Part shown: piece by piece, positions 1-8,435 of the stretch | How the letters are laid out: each line of letters opens with the position of its first letter | Numbering within the stretch: the stretch's first letter is position 1 | From: Spirochaetales bacterium | Lineage (GTDB): Bacteria; Spirochaetota; Spirochaetia; Treponematales; UBA12059 | DNA length: 64,000 bases | Direction of reading: 5' to 3' | Assembly: GCA_016928955.1 (NCBI GenBank) | Contig: JAFGJV010000029.1 | Location: 1-64,000, forward strand | Notes under the pieces: model-generated | Seen by the model: only the letters and a program-made list of their open reading frames with translations | Told to the model about the DNA's origin: nothing | Database searches by the model: none | Made by a program: the position numbers and the translations under genes

Positions 1-87
1 GCGGGTTGCCCCGCCTTGCCGCTCGACTTGCATGCTTAAGACACGCCGCCAGCGTTCGTTCTGAGCCAGGATCAAACTCTCCATGAT
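1..87 (-). rRNA. rrs: 16S rRNA, 5' end (continues beyond window start)
   Basis: Reverse complement reads AGAGTTTGATCCTGGCTCAGAACGAACGCTGGCGGCGTGTCTTAAGCATGCAAGTCGA (27F site and conserved 5' region). Exact 5' end approximate. Confidence 0.97.
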
Positions 88-316
88 GTATTCTTACGGT
101 CCGAAGACCGAAAGATTCATAGAAAGATATAAACGGTGCCTTGCTGCCGACACCTTTCGGCGCCGACCAAGGCGGGGCGCATTCTCGCTCCCCTTACCTG
201 TCCTGCTTCTTCCGTCCCTAATTCCTGTGTAAGATCCCTCGAGCCTACCCTCCAGCACGTTCCGTGCCAAATCTCGGCTCCAGCCACCTAGCTTCTTCCC
301 GCTAGGCGCGGCGATG

Positions 317-345
317 GTTATAGCGCAGGTTCAAAGTTCTGTCAA
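317..345 (-). promoter_or_regulatory. rRNA operon promoter, proximal (P2-like)
   Basis: TTGACA-17 bp-TATAAC on the minus strand upstream of 16S. Confidence 0.85.
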
Positions 346-471
346 GCGGGTTGTACAGCACTTTCGAAAACCGTCAAAAAAGAAGGTTTTGGCAGACCTG
401 CGTATAGCACCAACCCGGCGCGTTCCAAAAGCCGGCGTACGACCGGATCTGTTCAAAAGCGCGTGAAAAGC

Positions 472-500
472 ACCATAACAAAAGCGCGAAACCGTGTCAA
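472..500 (-). promoter_or_regulatory. rRNA operon promoter, distal (P1-like)
   Basis: TTGACA-17 bp-TATGGT with a TGn extension. Confidence 0.7.
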
Positions 501-519
501 TGAGGAAGGAGAGTAGCTA

Positions 520-557
520 TAAAAAAACCGGACCGGGCAAAGCCCGATCCGGTTTTT
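520..557 (-). terminator. Intrinsic terminator after tRNA-Leu
   Basis: Hairpin aaaaaccggaccgggc-aaa-gcccgatccggttttt with A/T tracts on both sides. Confidence 0.8.
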
Positions 558-638
558 GCGGCGAAGAGGACTTGAACCTCCATGCCTCTCGGCACTAGCA
601 CCTCAAGCTAGCGTGTCTACCAATTCCACCATCGCCGC
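557..638 (-). tRNA. tRNA-Leu(GAG)
   Basis: Reverse complement GCGGCGATGGTGGAATTGGTAGACACGCTAGCTTGAGGTGCTAGTGCCGAGAGGCATGGAGGTTCAAGTCCTCTTCGCCGCA folds as a cloverleaf with a long variable arm and GAG anticodon; CCA not encoded. Confidence 0.96.
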
Positions 639-714
639 GTGGACGCTGGATGTATACCCGATGAGCGCGGTTTTTGTCAAGCGAGAGCGGTAGTGCCGGG
701 TCTTGTCGTACGGC

Positions 715-2439
715 TCAGCTCCCCCTACCCAGCCAGAAGGTCATGACGGCCAGACCCACGCCAAAGGCCACGAACAGCCCGTGGAAGGCCCGCGGGCGCT
801 CCCGCACCAGCTCCGCGAGGAAACGCCCGGGCTTGGTCAAAGCCAGGCCAAACAGCGCGGCGCCCGCTGATGTGATGGCCAGGCTTTTTAGAAGATTAGA
901 GGCCGAAAAAAGGTATGAAGGGACCGGGCCGCTAGCGTCGCCCCCCAAAAAACCGGCAACCAGAGCTGACACCACCGGCGCCGCCAGCCCGCCGGCAAGG
1001 CACAGAACCAGCAGGAACAGCTGGGCGGCCATCATGGAAGCCCTTGGCCGGAACCCGGCCACCGGAGGCGCGGGCCTTGAGCGACGAGAGGGCCAGAATA
1101 TCCTGGACAGCTTGATAAAGCTGGCCACCGTGCCGACCGACGCCACCGTCAACGCCAGCGTCGTCCAGCTTTGCCCAAGCGCGGATACGATGGCCGTCTT
1201 GCTCGCGTACCCGCTGAGGGGCGGGATGGCGCTGATGGCCAGGGCGCCCACGGCAAAGCTCAGCATGGTCACCGGGACGCGTTCACCTGCCGCCCGGAGG
1301 GTCGCGCCTGCGCCCCGCACCATGTACACGTCGCGCTCGCCCACAGCGTCGGTCGCCGTGCCCACGGACAGGAACAGAAGACCCTTGAACCAGGCGTGGT
1401 AGAGGGCGTGCAGGAAAGCGGCCGCCAGCAAAACCGCGCCCGCCGGGTCCCCGCGTCCCAAGGCAGTAACGCCCGCACCCCAGGCAGCGGTCACGTAGCC
1501 TATCTGGCTGATCGAGTGGTAGGCCAATAGTCGCTTGGCGTCGGTCTGGGACAAGGCGACGATCACGCCCCCGAGCGCCGTGAGCGCCCCGGCGTAACAG
1601 GCCAGCTCGCCTATGGCCGCCCCCGTGGGCAGGGCCAGCAGGAACCGCGACAGCGCGAACAGCGGCGTCTTTATGAGCACGCCGGACAGCACGGCGGACA
1701 CGGCATGCGCCGCCAGGGCATGGGCGTCGGGCAACCACCCGTACAGGGGCATGACGGCCACCCGCAGGGCCACGGCCGCCGCTATGGACGCCACGGACGC
1801 CCGGGCCAGGGCTCCGCCGCCGTCAGCCAGCGCGGCCAGGCCGCCTGCTATGCCCTGGTAGGACAGGGAACCTGTCAGACGGTACAGGCCGTACACGCCA
1901 AGCAGGAAAAACACCATGGCGGCCGCGCTCACCATCAGGTAGGAAAAGGCCGCCAGGTAGGCGCCCGGCTTTTCCGACCAGGCCACCAGGACATAGGATG
2001 CCATGCCCAGGACTTCCAGGCACACAAAAAGGTTGAACACGTCGGTGGTGCTAATGGCCGCGGACAAAGAAGCCGCCTGTATCAGGAATATGGCGGTGAA
2101 ACCCGGCCCCCGGGGACCCGCTCCCAACGAATACACCCAGGCGGCCCCAGCCACGGAAAAACCCAGCACGTTCACCAGCCAGGCAAGCCCGTCAAAGCGG
2201 TAGCCTATGCCCAGAAGCCCGTTCCACGCGCCATACACCCCGGTGTACACCTCGGCGCCGAGCAGTCCGGGCGCCAGGGCGACAAGGGCTGCCCAAGGCA
2301 GGGCCAGACCTATAAATGCGCCCGCGTACTCCAGCGCGCGGCTCGGGGCGGCTGCTTTGACGGCTTTGGCCACCATGGCCAGGGCGGCGCCCGCAAGCGG
2401 CAGGAAGACGGGCAGGGACGCCAGGTCAGAAGGGGCCAT
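715..2439 (-). CDS. mnhD: Mrp/Mnh antiporter subunit D-like (MbhH-like) proton-conducting membrane subunit
   Basis: Polytopic 574 aa; motifs FNLFVCLEV, WLPDAH, KRLLAYHSISQIGY, HAWFKGLLFL, PPLSGYASK. Confidence 0.88.
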   Translation of the reverse strand: MAPSDLASLPVFLPLAGAALAMVAKAVKAAAPSRALEYAGAFIGLALPWAALVALAPGLLGAEVYTGVYGAWNGLLGIGYRFDGLAWLVNVLGFSVAGAAWVYSLGAGPRGPGFTAIFLIQAASLSAAISTTDVFNLFVCLEVLGMASYVLVAWSEKPGAYLAAFSYLMVSAAAMVFFLLGVYGLYRLTGSLSYQGIAGGLAALADGGGALARASVASIAAAVALRVAVMPLYGWLPDAHALAAHAVSAVLSGVLIKTPLFALSRFLLALPTGAAIGELACYAGALTALGGVIVALSQTDAKRLLAYHSISQIGYVTAAWGAGVTALGRGDPAGAVLLAAAFLHALYHAWFKGLLFLSVGTATDAVGERDVYMVRGAGATLRAAGERVPVTMLSFAVGALAISAIPPLSGYASKTAIVSALGQSWTTLALTVASVGTVASFIKLSRIFWPSRRSRPAPPVAGFRPRASMMAAQLFLLVLCLAGGLAAPVVSALVAGFLGGDASGPVPSYLFSASNLLKSLAITSAGAALFGLALTKPGRFLAELVRERPRAFHGLFVAFGVGLAVMTFWLGRGS

Positions 2440-2770
2440 GCCTGAGCCTTTCTTTGATCGTGTCTATGTCAAAACTGCCCGTGGCCCGGTGGAGCCTGAA
2501 GGCCATGCCCAGGGCCAGGGCCGTGACGCACACGCCTATCACTATGGCCGTCAGCATGAGCGCCTGGGGTACGGGGTCGACGATATCGGCGACGCCGGCG
2601 TCCATGATGGGCGCGGCCGTGCCCGAGCGGCTTCCTTCCATGACGAACAGCAGGACCACTGCCGAGTTCAGGATGGACAAGCCGAACACCTTTTTGACCA
2701 GGTTCCGCTTGGCCACCACGCCCCACAGCCCGACCAGAAACAGCATGCCTACCAGCAGACGGGCTACCAT
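2426..2770 (-). CDS. mnhC: Mrp antiporter subunit C
   Basis: NLVKKVFGLSI and DPVPQALMLTAIVIG motifs; start set at MVARLL. Confidence 0.9.
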   Translation of the reverse strand: MVARLLVGMLFLVGLWGVVAKRNLVKKVFGLSILNSAVVLLFVMEGSRSGTAAPIMDAGVADIVDPVPQALMLTAIVIGVCVTALALGMAFRLHRATGSFDIDTIKERLRHGPF

Positions 2771-3492
2771 GGTTCGTTTGCCTCCGCCAGCATGGCCACG
2801 CACATGAGGCTGATGCCCGCGCCAACCTTGAGCCCTATGAGCGCGTTAAGGACGACGATGGATACCACAGGCGACGCGCCCGGCAGGGGATTGCCCATAA
2901 AACCGGACCCGGTGACCAGCCCAAGTCCAACCGCCAGCATGATGACCAGAAAAGACAGGGCCTCCACGGCCGCAAGGGTTCCTGCCCGCGTAATGCGCGG
3001 CCCGTGCGACGATCGCCGGCCGAGCGACAAAAAGACGATGCCGGACGCCACCACCACGCCGCCTTGGAATCCCCCGCCGGGCGAGATGTGTCCGAACATC
3101 ATGACGTACACGCCGAATACCAGCACCACAGGACCGAGCTTGCCCGTTACCACGTCCAGAAGCTCGGTCCGCCGCCGAGCCGCGCCGCCGAACCGGGTGT
3201 CGGCAGCACCTCCGCGCGCGTCCCCGGCCGACGCTATCATGCCAATGGCGCCCGTCACGGCCACCAGGAGGACAATGGCCTCCCCCAGGGTGTCATAGGC
3301 GCGGTAGCCAAGGTAAATGGCGCTGACCAGGTTTTGCGCCCCGGACTCAGCCTGCCCGCGGGCCTCAAGATAGTCTCCCGGGGCAAGCGGCCACGGCGAG
3401 TCCCCGGCGACCACGGGCCACAGCACCAGGGCGGACAGGGCCATGAGGGACAGGGCTCCCAGGATCGGACCGGCCGCTTGTGCTCGCCTCAT
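2764..3492 (-). CDS. mnhB: Mrp subunit B (MbhE+MbhF-like)
   Basis: NLVSAIYLGYRAYDTLGE and GHISPGGGFQGG motifs; start overlaps the upstream stop. Confidence 0.87.
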   Translation of the reverse strand: MRRAQAAGPILGALSLMALSALVLWPVVAGDSPWPLAPGDYLEARGQAESGAQNLVSAIYLGYRAYDTLGEAIVLLVAVTGAIGMIASAGDARGGAADTRFGGAARRRTELLDVVTGKLGPVVLVFGVYVMMFGHISPGGGFQGGVVVASGIVFLSLGRRSSHGPRITRAGTLAAVEALSFLVIMLAVGLGLVTGSGFMGNPLPGASPVVSIVVLNALIGLKVGAGISLMCVAMLAEANEPW

Positions 3493-3740
3493 TGCGCCTT
3501 GTCCTTCCGCTCGGTGGCCTTGATTGCCCACACATACACCACCGTGGACACGCCGGCTCCCACGGCCGCCTCGGTGATGGCCACGTCCGGCGCCTCGAAC
3601 AGGAAAAACAGCATGGCGCACAGCAGGCTCAGCCCCGACAGGGCCAGAACGCCATGGAGAAGGTCGCCGCTCCGGAGCGAGTACACGGCCAGCGCGACAA
3701 CCAGGCCCAGGATGAACTCAACCATCGGCGCCGTCCTCAT
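3489..3740 (-). CDS. DUF4040/MbhD-like small membrane subunit
   Basis: APDVAITEAAVGAG motif. Confidence 0.87.
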   Translation of the reverse strand: MRTAPMVEFILGLVVALAVYSLRSGDLLHGVLALSGLSLLCAMLFFLFEAPDVAITEAAVGAGVSTVVYVWAIKATERKDKAQ

Positions 3741-4089
3741 GCCCGGGAGCCGGCCTGCGAAGCCAGCGCCGCGGAGGCGCTGGCGCCTTCCAGGGGTCTA
3801 TGCCGGAATTCCAGGCGAAGCGCGCCACGATATGGCCGCCCGTGGGACTGGACACCAGGAAGAACACGATGATGACGACGAGCCTGGCGGCCACGTCCCA
3901 GCTCGGGGCAAGGGCCAGAGCGCCCACCATGATGGAAAACACGGCCGTGGTCCCGCACAATGAGGACGCGTGCATCTTTGCGTAGGGATCCGGGAAGCGG
4001 TACAAACCCACCATGCCCACGGCCCCGAACACCCAGGCAACGGCAAAGGCAACCAAGGCGGCTATGGTCCTGATCGTGTCCACCGTCAC
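3718..4089 (-). CDS. mnhG: Mrp antiporter subunit G
   Basis: GLYRFPDPYAKMHA and SSPTGGHIVAR motifs; GTG start overlaps the mnhF stop. Confidence 0.88.
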   Translation of the reverse strand: MTVDTIRTIAALVAFAVAWVFGAVGMVGLYRFPDPYAKMHASSLCGTTAVFSIMVGALALAPSWDVAARLVVIIVFFLVSSPTGGHIVARFAWNSGIDPWKAPAPPRRWLRRPAPGHEDGADG

Positions 4090-4370
4090 TCCTTGTCGTC
4101 GTCCATGGGCTTGTCGCGCAGGAACCGTGCCACGGCGAGCAAGCCAAGGAAGCCAAAGATGTCGTATACCAGGGCCACGTCCAGGTAGATGGCGCGCCCC
4201 TCGTCCACGCCCTTGATGACCAGAAAGGCCAGGGCCAATGCCGACAGGACATTGAGCGCTATCAGCCGCTCGGCTGCGCCCGATCCGAACACAAGCTTGA
4301 CCAGGGCCAGGGCCGCGCACGCCACGATGAACCACTGCGTCGCGTCCAGCATGATGTCCTTCACGACCAC
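4086..4370 (-). CDS. mnhF: Mrp antiporter subunit F
   Basis: Three hydrophobic segments; ERLIALN, YLDVALVY...FLG...ARFL. Confidence 0.85.
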   Translation of the reverse strand: MVVKDIMLDATQWFIVACAALALVKLVFGSGAAERLIALNVLSALALAFLVIKGVDEGRAIYLDVALVYDIFGFLGLLAVARFLRDKPMDDDKE

Positions 4371-4873
4371 ACCCTCTTCAGCCGCTCCTCAAAGCGCCCC
4401 TTGACCAGGTCGCCGGCGGCCCTGGAGTGCCGCGTGGTGGCCAAGAGCCAGTGCACGGTCAGGTGGTCGTCGTTGAGGTCCAGCGTGATGGTTCCGGGCG
4501 TCAGGGTTATGGCGTTGGCTATGACCATTCTGGCCAGGTCAGAATTGAGGCGCGTGCGGAAATGGACCACCCGCGGGCTGATCCTGCCCGTTATGACAGC
4601 CGCCAGTACGGCAAAGCTGGACGCGTACATGCTGTATATCAGGAAAGCCAGAAAACCCGCCAGGGCCAGAGGCCTGGGAGCAAAGGACCTGAGCGACGCC
4701 TCGTGGCCGGCTATGAACTGTCCGTGGGTCAGGGCCGCGACCGCCAGGGAACCTACGGCGCCGGTCAGCAGGGAGAACAGGTCGGCGCTCGCCGTGAACA
4801 CCAGCCACAGGGCGTAGAGCACCAGGGCGGTAATGGACATGCGGATGAGGCGCCAGGCGCGATCCGGCTTCAT
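4361..4873 (-). CDS. mnhE: Mrp antiporter subunit E
   Basis: ANAITLTPGTITL...LTVHWL motif. Confidence 0.9.
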   Translation of the reverse strand: MKPDRAWRLIRMSITALVLYALWLVFTASADLFSLLTGAVGSLAVAALTHGQFIAGHEASLRSFAPRPLALAGFLAFLIYSMYASSFAVLAAVITGRISPRVVHFRTRLNSDLARMVIANAITLTPGTITLDLNDDHLTVHWLLATTRHSRAAGDLVKGRFEERLKRVWS

Positions 4874-4876
4874 CGT

Positions 4877-5335
4877 TTACTCGTCCCGCTCCCGGATCAG
4901 GCTGGTCAGGGCATCGGTGTCCCGTGCGGCCTTGGCGGCGTCACGGAACGCAGGGTCGTGCATGAAGCGCGCCAGCTTGGACAGGAGCTTGAGGTGGAGC
5001 CCGGCGCAGTTTTTGGGGCCGGCAAGAAGGAACACCAGCGTCGCTCCCCGGCCGTCAGGCGCCCCAAAATCCACCGGATTCTTGAACGTGGCCACCGCTA
5101 TGGCTGTGGACTCAAGCGCGTCCGACTGGGCGTGCGGCACCGCGCAGCCCTCCTCAAGTCCGGTGGGGGTAAGGCGCTCCCTGGCAAGCACGTCCCCCAG
5201 GAGTTTCCGTTCGTCCTTGAGCTTGCCGGCCCCGGCCAAGAGTCCCACAAGCGTCGTGATCGCCTCAGTCGAACTGGACGCGTCGAGCCCGGAGGCCACG
5301 CACCCAGGATCGAGGTAATCGCTGACAAGCGCCAC
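4877..5335 (-). CDS. Stand-alone PTS EIIA (Fru/Ntr family)
   Basis: RERLTPTGLEEGCAVPHA with the phosphorylatable His; HLKLLSKLAR. Confidence 0.9.
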   Translation of the reverse strand: MALVSDYLDPGCVASGLDASSSTEAITTLVGLLAGAGKLKDERKLLGDVLARERLTPTGLEEGCAVPHAQSDALESTAIAVATFKNPVDFGAPDGRGATLVFLLAGPKNCAGLHLKLLSKLARFMHDPAFRDAAKAARDTDALTSLIRERDE

Positions 5336-5337
5336 GC

Positions 5338-5685
5338 CTACACCTCCTCTTCCTCTCGCACAAGCCCCGTGGACCAGTCCACGGGAATGGTGAACATGAT
5401 GCCGGTGCCCGGATTGTCCAGACCGCCCACCACCTCGTCCACCAGACGTTTGAGCTTCTCGACCACCGCCTCGTTCCTGATGACGGACAGTATGGTCTTG
5501 TTGTACGGCTTGTTGCCCTTCATGAATTCCTTGAAGTCTGCGAAGATCGGGACCTCATAGGCCAGAAAGCGCCCCATGCCCTCGGAGTCCAGGATGGTGG
5601 CTCCGGCCACGCCGGCCTCCACGTACGCCTCCAGGACATCTTCCATGTACTCTTCCTTGTTGAGCACGAACACCAAGAGCTTCAT
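5338..5685 (-). CDS. P-II superfamily (PII-like) small protein
   Basis: MKLLVFVLNK...GATILDSEGMG...PGTGIMFTIPVD, a PII-like pattern lacking the canonical GlnB T-loop. Confidence 0.75.
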   Translation of the reverse strand: MKLLVFVLNKEEYMEDVLEAYVEAGVAGATILDSEGMGRFLAYEVPIFADFKEFMKGNKPYNKTILSVIRNEAVVEKLKRLVDEVVGGLDNPGTGIMFTIPVDWSTGLVREEEEV

Positions 5686-5701
5686 CGAGGCCCCCTGGAC
5701 C

Positions 5702-5730
5702 AGTATCGGGCCAGGCGGCCCAAGCGTCAA
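5702..5730 (-). promoter_or_regulatory. sigma70-type promoter for the PII-like/EIIA/mnh operon
   Basis: TTGACG-17 bp-GATACT. Confidence 0.55.
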
Positions 5731-5764
5731 ACGGAAAAACCTCCGGGCCGGCCCAAAGGGCGCC

Positions 5765-7459
5765 TTAGCCCCTGGCTGTGCCCTCGGCCAGAATGGTCCT
5801 CGCGCGCGCGATGGCCAGGCCTATGTTCGGGCACGCGTTTTCCGGCCCGAGTTCTGCTGCAAAACCGCTTCGCTCCATGGCCGCCCGAGGCTGGTCGTTG
5901 ACTCCGGAGAGCACCAGGCGAGTACCGCGCCGCTCGCAATGGCGCCTGAAGGCCGACAGGGCGTTCAGGGCCGTGGCGTCTATGGCCGGCACCCGGCGCA
6001 TGCGCAGTATGAACACGTCCGGCGGCCTTTCCAGCTGGTCCAGGGTGTCCTGCAGGTAGTCGGCCGTGCCGAAGAAAAACGGGCCGTTGATCTCGTATAT
6101 CTCGGTTCCCGGAGGCACGTCCTTGGCGTCGTCCGGAGCGGGGGCCGTGTCAGCGTCCAGGAGATTGTGCACGGGACCTATGGACGTGGTCTCCACCGCG
6201 CGCCTTAAGAACAGGAAGATGGCCAGGAACACGCCCACCTCCACGGCCACGGTCAGGTCTATGGCCACGGTCAGGGCAAAAGTGACCAGCATGACGGCCA
6301 GGTCGCTTTTTGGGGCGGTGCGCATGTTCACGAACCTGCGGAGCTCGCTCATGTCCCAGGCCACCACCAGGAGTATGGCCGCCAGGGCCGCAAGGGGTAT
6401 GGCCGACGCCAGTCCGCTGGCGAACAGGGTAAAGGCCAGGAGGACCAGCGCGTGTACCAGGCCGGACACGGGGGACACGGCCCCGTTCTTGATGTTGGCC
6501 GCCGTGCGGGCTATGGCCCCGGTGGCGGGCAGTCCCCCGAAGAAGCTGGACAGTATGTTGCCCGTGCCCTGGGCCACGAGTTCCATGTTGGCGTTGTGCC
6601 GGTCGCCGGTCATGCCGTCGGCCACCACGGCAGACAGGAGGGACTCTATGGCCCCAAGCAGGGCTATGGTCAGGGCGGAGGGAAAGATGGCGCGTATGGT
6701 CGCCCAATCCAGGGTCGGGAAACTGAAAGCGGGCAGACCAGACGGCATGGCTCCGTAGCGCGAGCCGATGGTCTCCACCGGCAGCTTGAACGCCCATGCC
6801 GCCAGCCCGGCGGCGCTTATGGCGATGATGGCCGCCGGCAGCCTGGGAGCCAGCTTGCGGAGAAGGAAAATGGTCAGGATGGTACCGGCGCCCAGCGCGA
6901 GGGCCCAGGGACTGACGCTCCCGATATGCGTGACCGTCTGGCCTATACGCTCGAAGAATTCGGAACCGTAGTCCGGTATGGTCAGGCCGAAGAAATCCTT
7001 GAGCTGGCCGCCGGCTATGATAAGGCCTATGCCCGTGGTAAAGCCCGTGGTCACCGGGTATGGAATGAACTTGATGAGCTTGCCGAGACCCGACAGGCCC
7101 ATGGCCACCAGCATGAGTCCTGCCATGAACGTGGCCATGATCAGTCCGCCCATGCCGTGCTGGGCGATGACGCCGGCTATGATGACGACAAAGGCGCCAG
7201 TAGGCCCGGACACCTGGTAGCGGCTGCCACCGAGCAGCGATATGGAAAAGCCAGCGATGATGGCCGTCCACAGGCCCTGGGCAGGGGTGCCGCCCGCGCC
7301 GATGGAAAAGGCCACCGCCAGGGGCAGGGCTATGACGCCGACGGTCAGGCCGGCAAAAACGTCCTTGCCCAGCTGGACGGGGCCATAGCCGGTCCGCAGG
7401 GAGCTTAGCAGTTTGGGGACAAAGTCGCTCGACGACGAAAGAGAAAATTTGCTTGCCAT
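5765..7459 (-). CDS. SulP/SLC26 anion (sulfate/bicarbonate) transporter with STAS domain
   Basis: GGSRYQVSGPTGAF, PATGAIARTAAN; C-terminal STAS (INGPFFFG...IDATAL). Confidence 0.93.
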   Translation of the reverse strand: MASKFSLSSSSDFVPKLLSSLRTGYGPVQLGKDVFAGLTVGVIALPLAVAFSIGAGGTPAQGLWTAIIAGFSISLLGGSRYQVSGPTGAFVVIIAGVIAQHGMGGLIMATFMAGLMLVAMGLSGLGKLIKFIPYPVTTGFTTGIGLIIAGGQLKDFFGLTIPDYGSEFFERIGQTVTHIGSVSPWALALGAGTILTIFLLRKLAPRLPAAIIAISAAGLAAWAFKLPVETIGSRYGAMPSGLPAFSFPTLDWATIRAIFPSALTIALLGAIESLLSAVVADGMTGDRHNANMELVAQGTGNILSSFFGGLPATGAIARTAANIKNGAVSPVSGLVHALVLLAFTLFASGLASAIPLAALAAILLVVAWDMSELRRFVNMRTAPKSDLAVMLVTFALTVAIDLTVAVEVGVFLAIFLFLRRAVETTSIGPVHNLLDADTAPAPDDAKDVPPGTEIYEINGPFFFGTADYLQDTLDQLERPPDVFILRMRRVPAIDATALNALSAFRRHCERRGTRLVLSGVNDQPRAAMERSGFAAELGPENACPNIGLAIARARTILAEGTARG

Positions 7460-7518
7460 GATGCGTCGACTATATGCCTCTCCTAAAACTTGGGCAAGCG
7501 GAGGTGGGCATATGTCCA

Positions 7519-8319
7519 TTACAAAACGCGAATTCTCCGAATTTCCAGGCAATGCCCCGCGTCGTCAAACGTGAACAGGGCGCCGTTGATCATGGCCCGA
7601 CCCTGGGCCGGTTCCATGCGTATGGGCATCTGCGTGAGGTTGCGGCGGAGGCAGGACTCGGGCGTCACGCCTATCACCGAATCGGGCGGCCCGCACATGC
7701 CAAGGTCGCCGATATAGCCTGTGCCCTGGGGAAGCACGCGCTCGTCCATGGTCTGGACATGGGTGTGGGTGCCCGCCACCGCTCCTACGCGACCGTCCAG
7801 GTACCAGGCCATGGCCTGCTTTTCCTGGAACGACTCCGCGTGGAAATCCAGGAGGACAAGGGCCGGCTGGTCCTGTCCGCCGGCCACGGTCACGCCCTCG
7901 GCCAGGGCCGCGTCCACGGCGCGGAACGGACAGTCTATGGGCCGCATGGACTCACGCCCCTGGGCGTTGACCACGAGCCAGGACGCGCCGCCCCTTTCCA
8001 GGCGGATCCAGCCGCGGCCGGGCGCCCCCGCCGGATAATTGACCGGCCTCAGGATGGGCAAGCCCGAATCCAGGAGCTCGTCAGCGCCCTTTTTGTCCCA
8101 GATATGGTTCCCGCCTGAAATCACGTCCACGCCCATGCCCAGGAGCGCCTTGGCGGATTCGTCGCAGAGGCCAAAGCCACCCGACGCGTTCTCGCCGTTG
8201 GCAACCACAATGTCCGCGCCTGTATCCTTCCTGAGGGCGGGCAGGTCGGCCGACAGCCGCTCCAGGCCCGGGGTGCCTATGACGTCGCCCAGCATCAGGG
8301 CGCGGTATGTCGTTGCCAT
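7519..8319 (-). CDS. ymdB: YmdB/TIGR00282-type metallophosphoesterase
   Basis: GDVIG, NGEN, GNHIWD, DFHAE, GTHTHV; downstream of rny. Confidence 0.92.
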   Translation of the reverse strand: MATTYRALMLGDVIGTPGLERLSADLPALRKDTGADIVVANGENASGGFGLCDESAKALLGMGVDVISGGNHIWDKKGADELLDSGLPILRPVNYPAGAPGRGWIRLERGGASWLVVNAQGRESMRPIDCPFRAVDAALAEGVTVAGGQDQPALVLLDFHAESFQEKQAMAWYLDGRVGAVAGTHTHVQTMDERVLPQGTGYIGDLGMCGPPDSVIGVTPESCLRRNLTQMPIRMEPAQGRAMINGALFTFDDAGHCLEIRRIRVL

Positions 8320-8373
8320 CGTTCCGCCTTCCGTTGAACCAGGCCACGCGCCGGCCACAGCCGGCTTTTGCTT

Positions 8374-8403
8374 AAAAAAAGGGGCCGCCCGTACGGCGAC
8401 CCC
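8374..8403 (-). terminator. Intrinsic terminator after rny
   Basis: ggggtcgcc-gtacg-ggcggcccc followed by T7 on the minus strand. Confidence 0.75.
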
Positions 8404-8435
8404 GATACTCCGGACAAAATATAAACGCCGAAGGG

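Noticed and set aside
8320..8435. Possible 6S RNA near rny
   Set aside because: The gap is short and explained by a terminator; no long 6S-like rod with a central bubble is visible.
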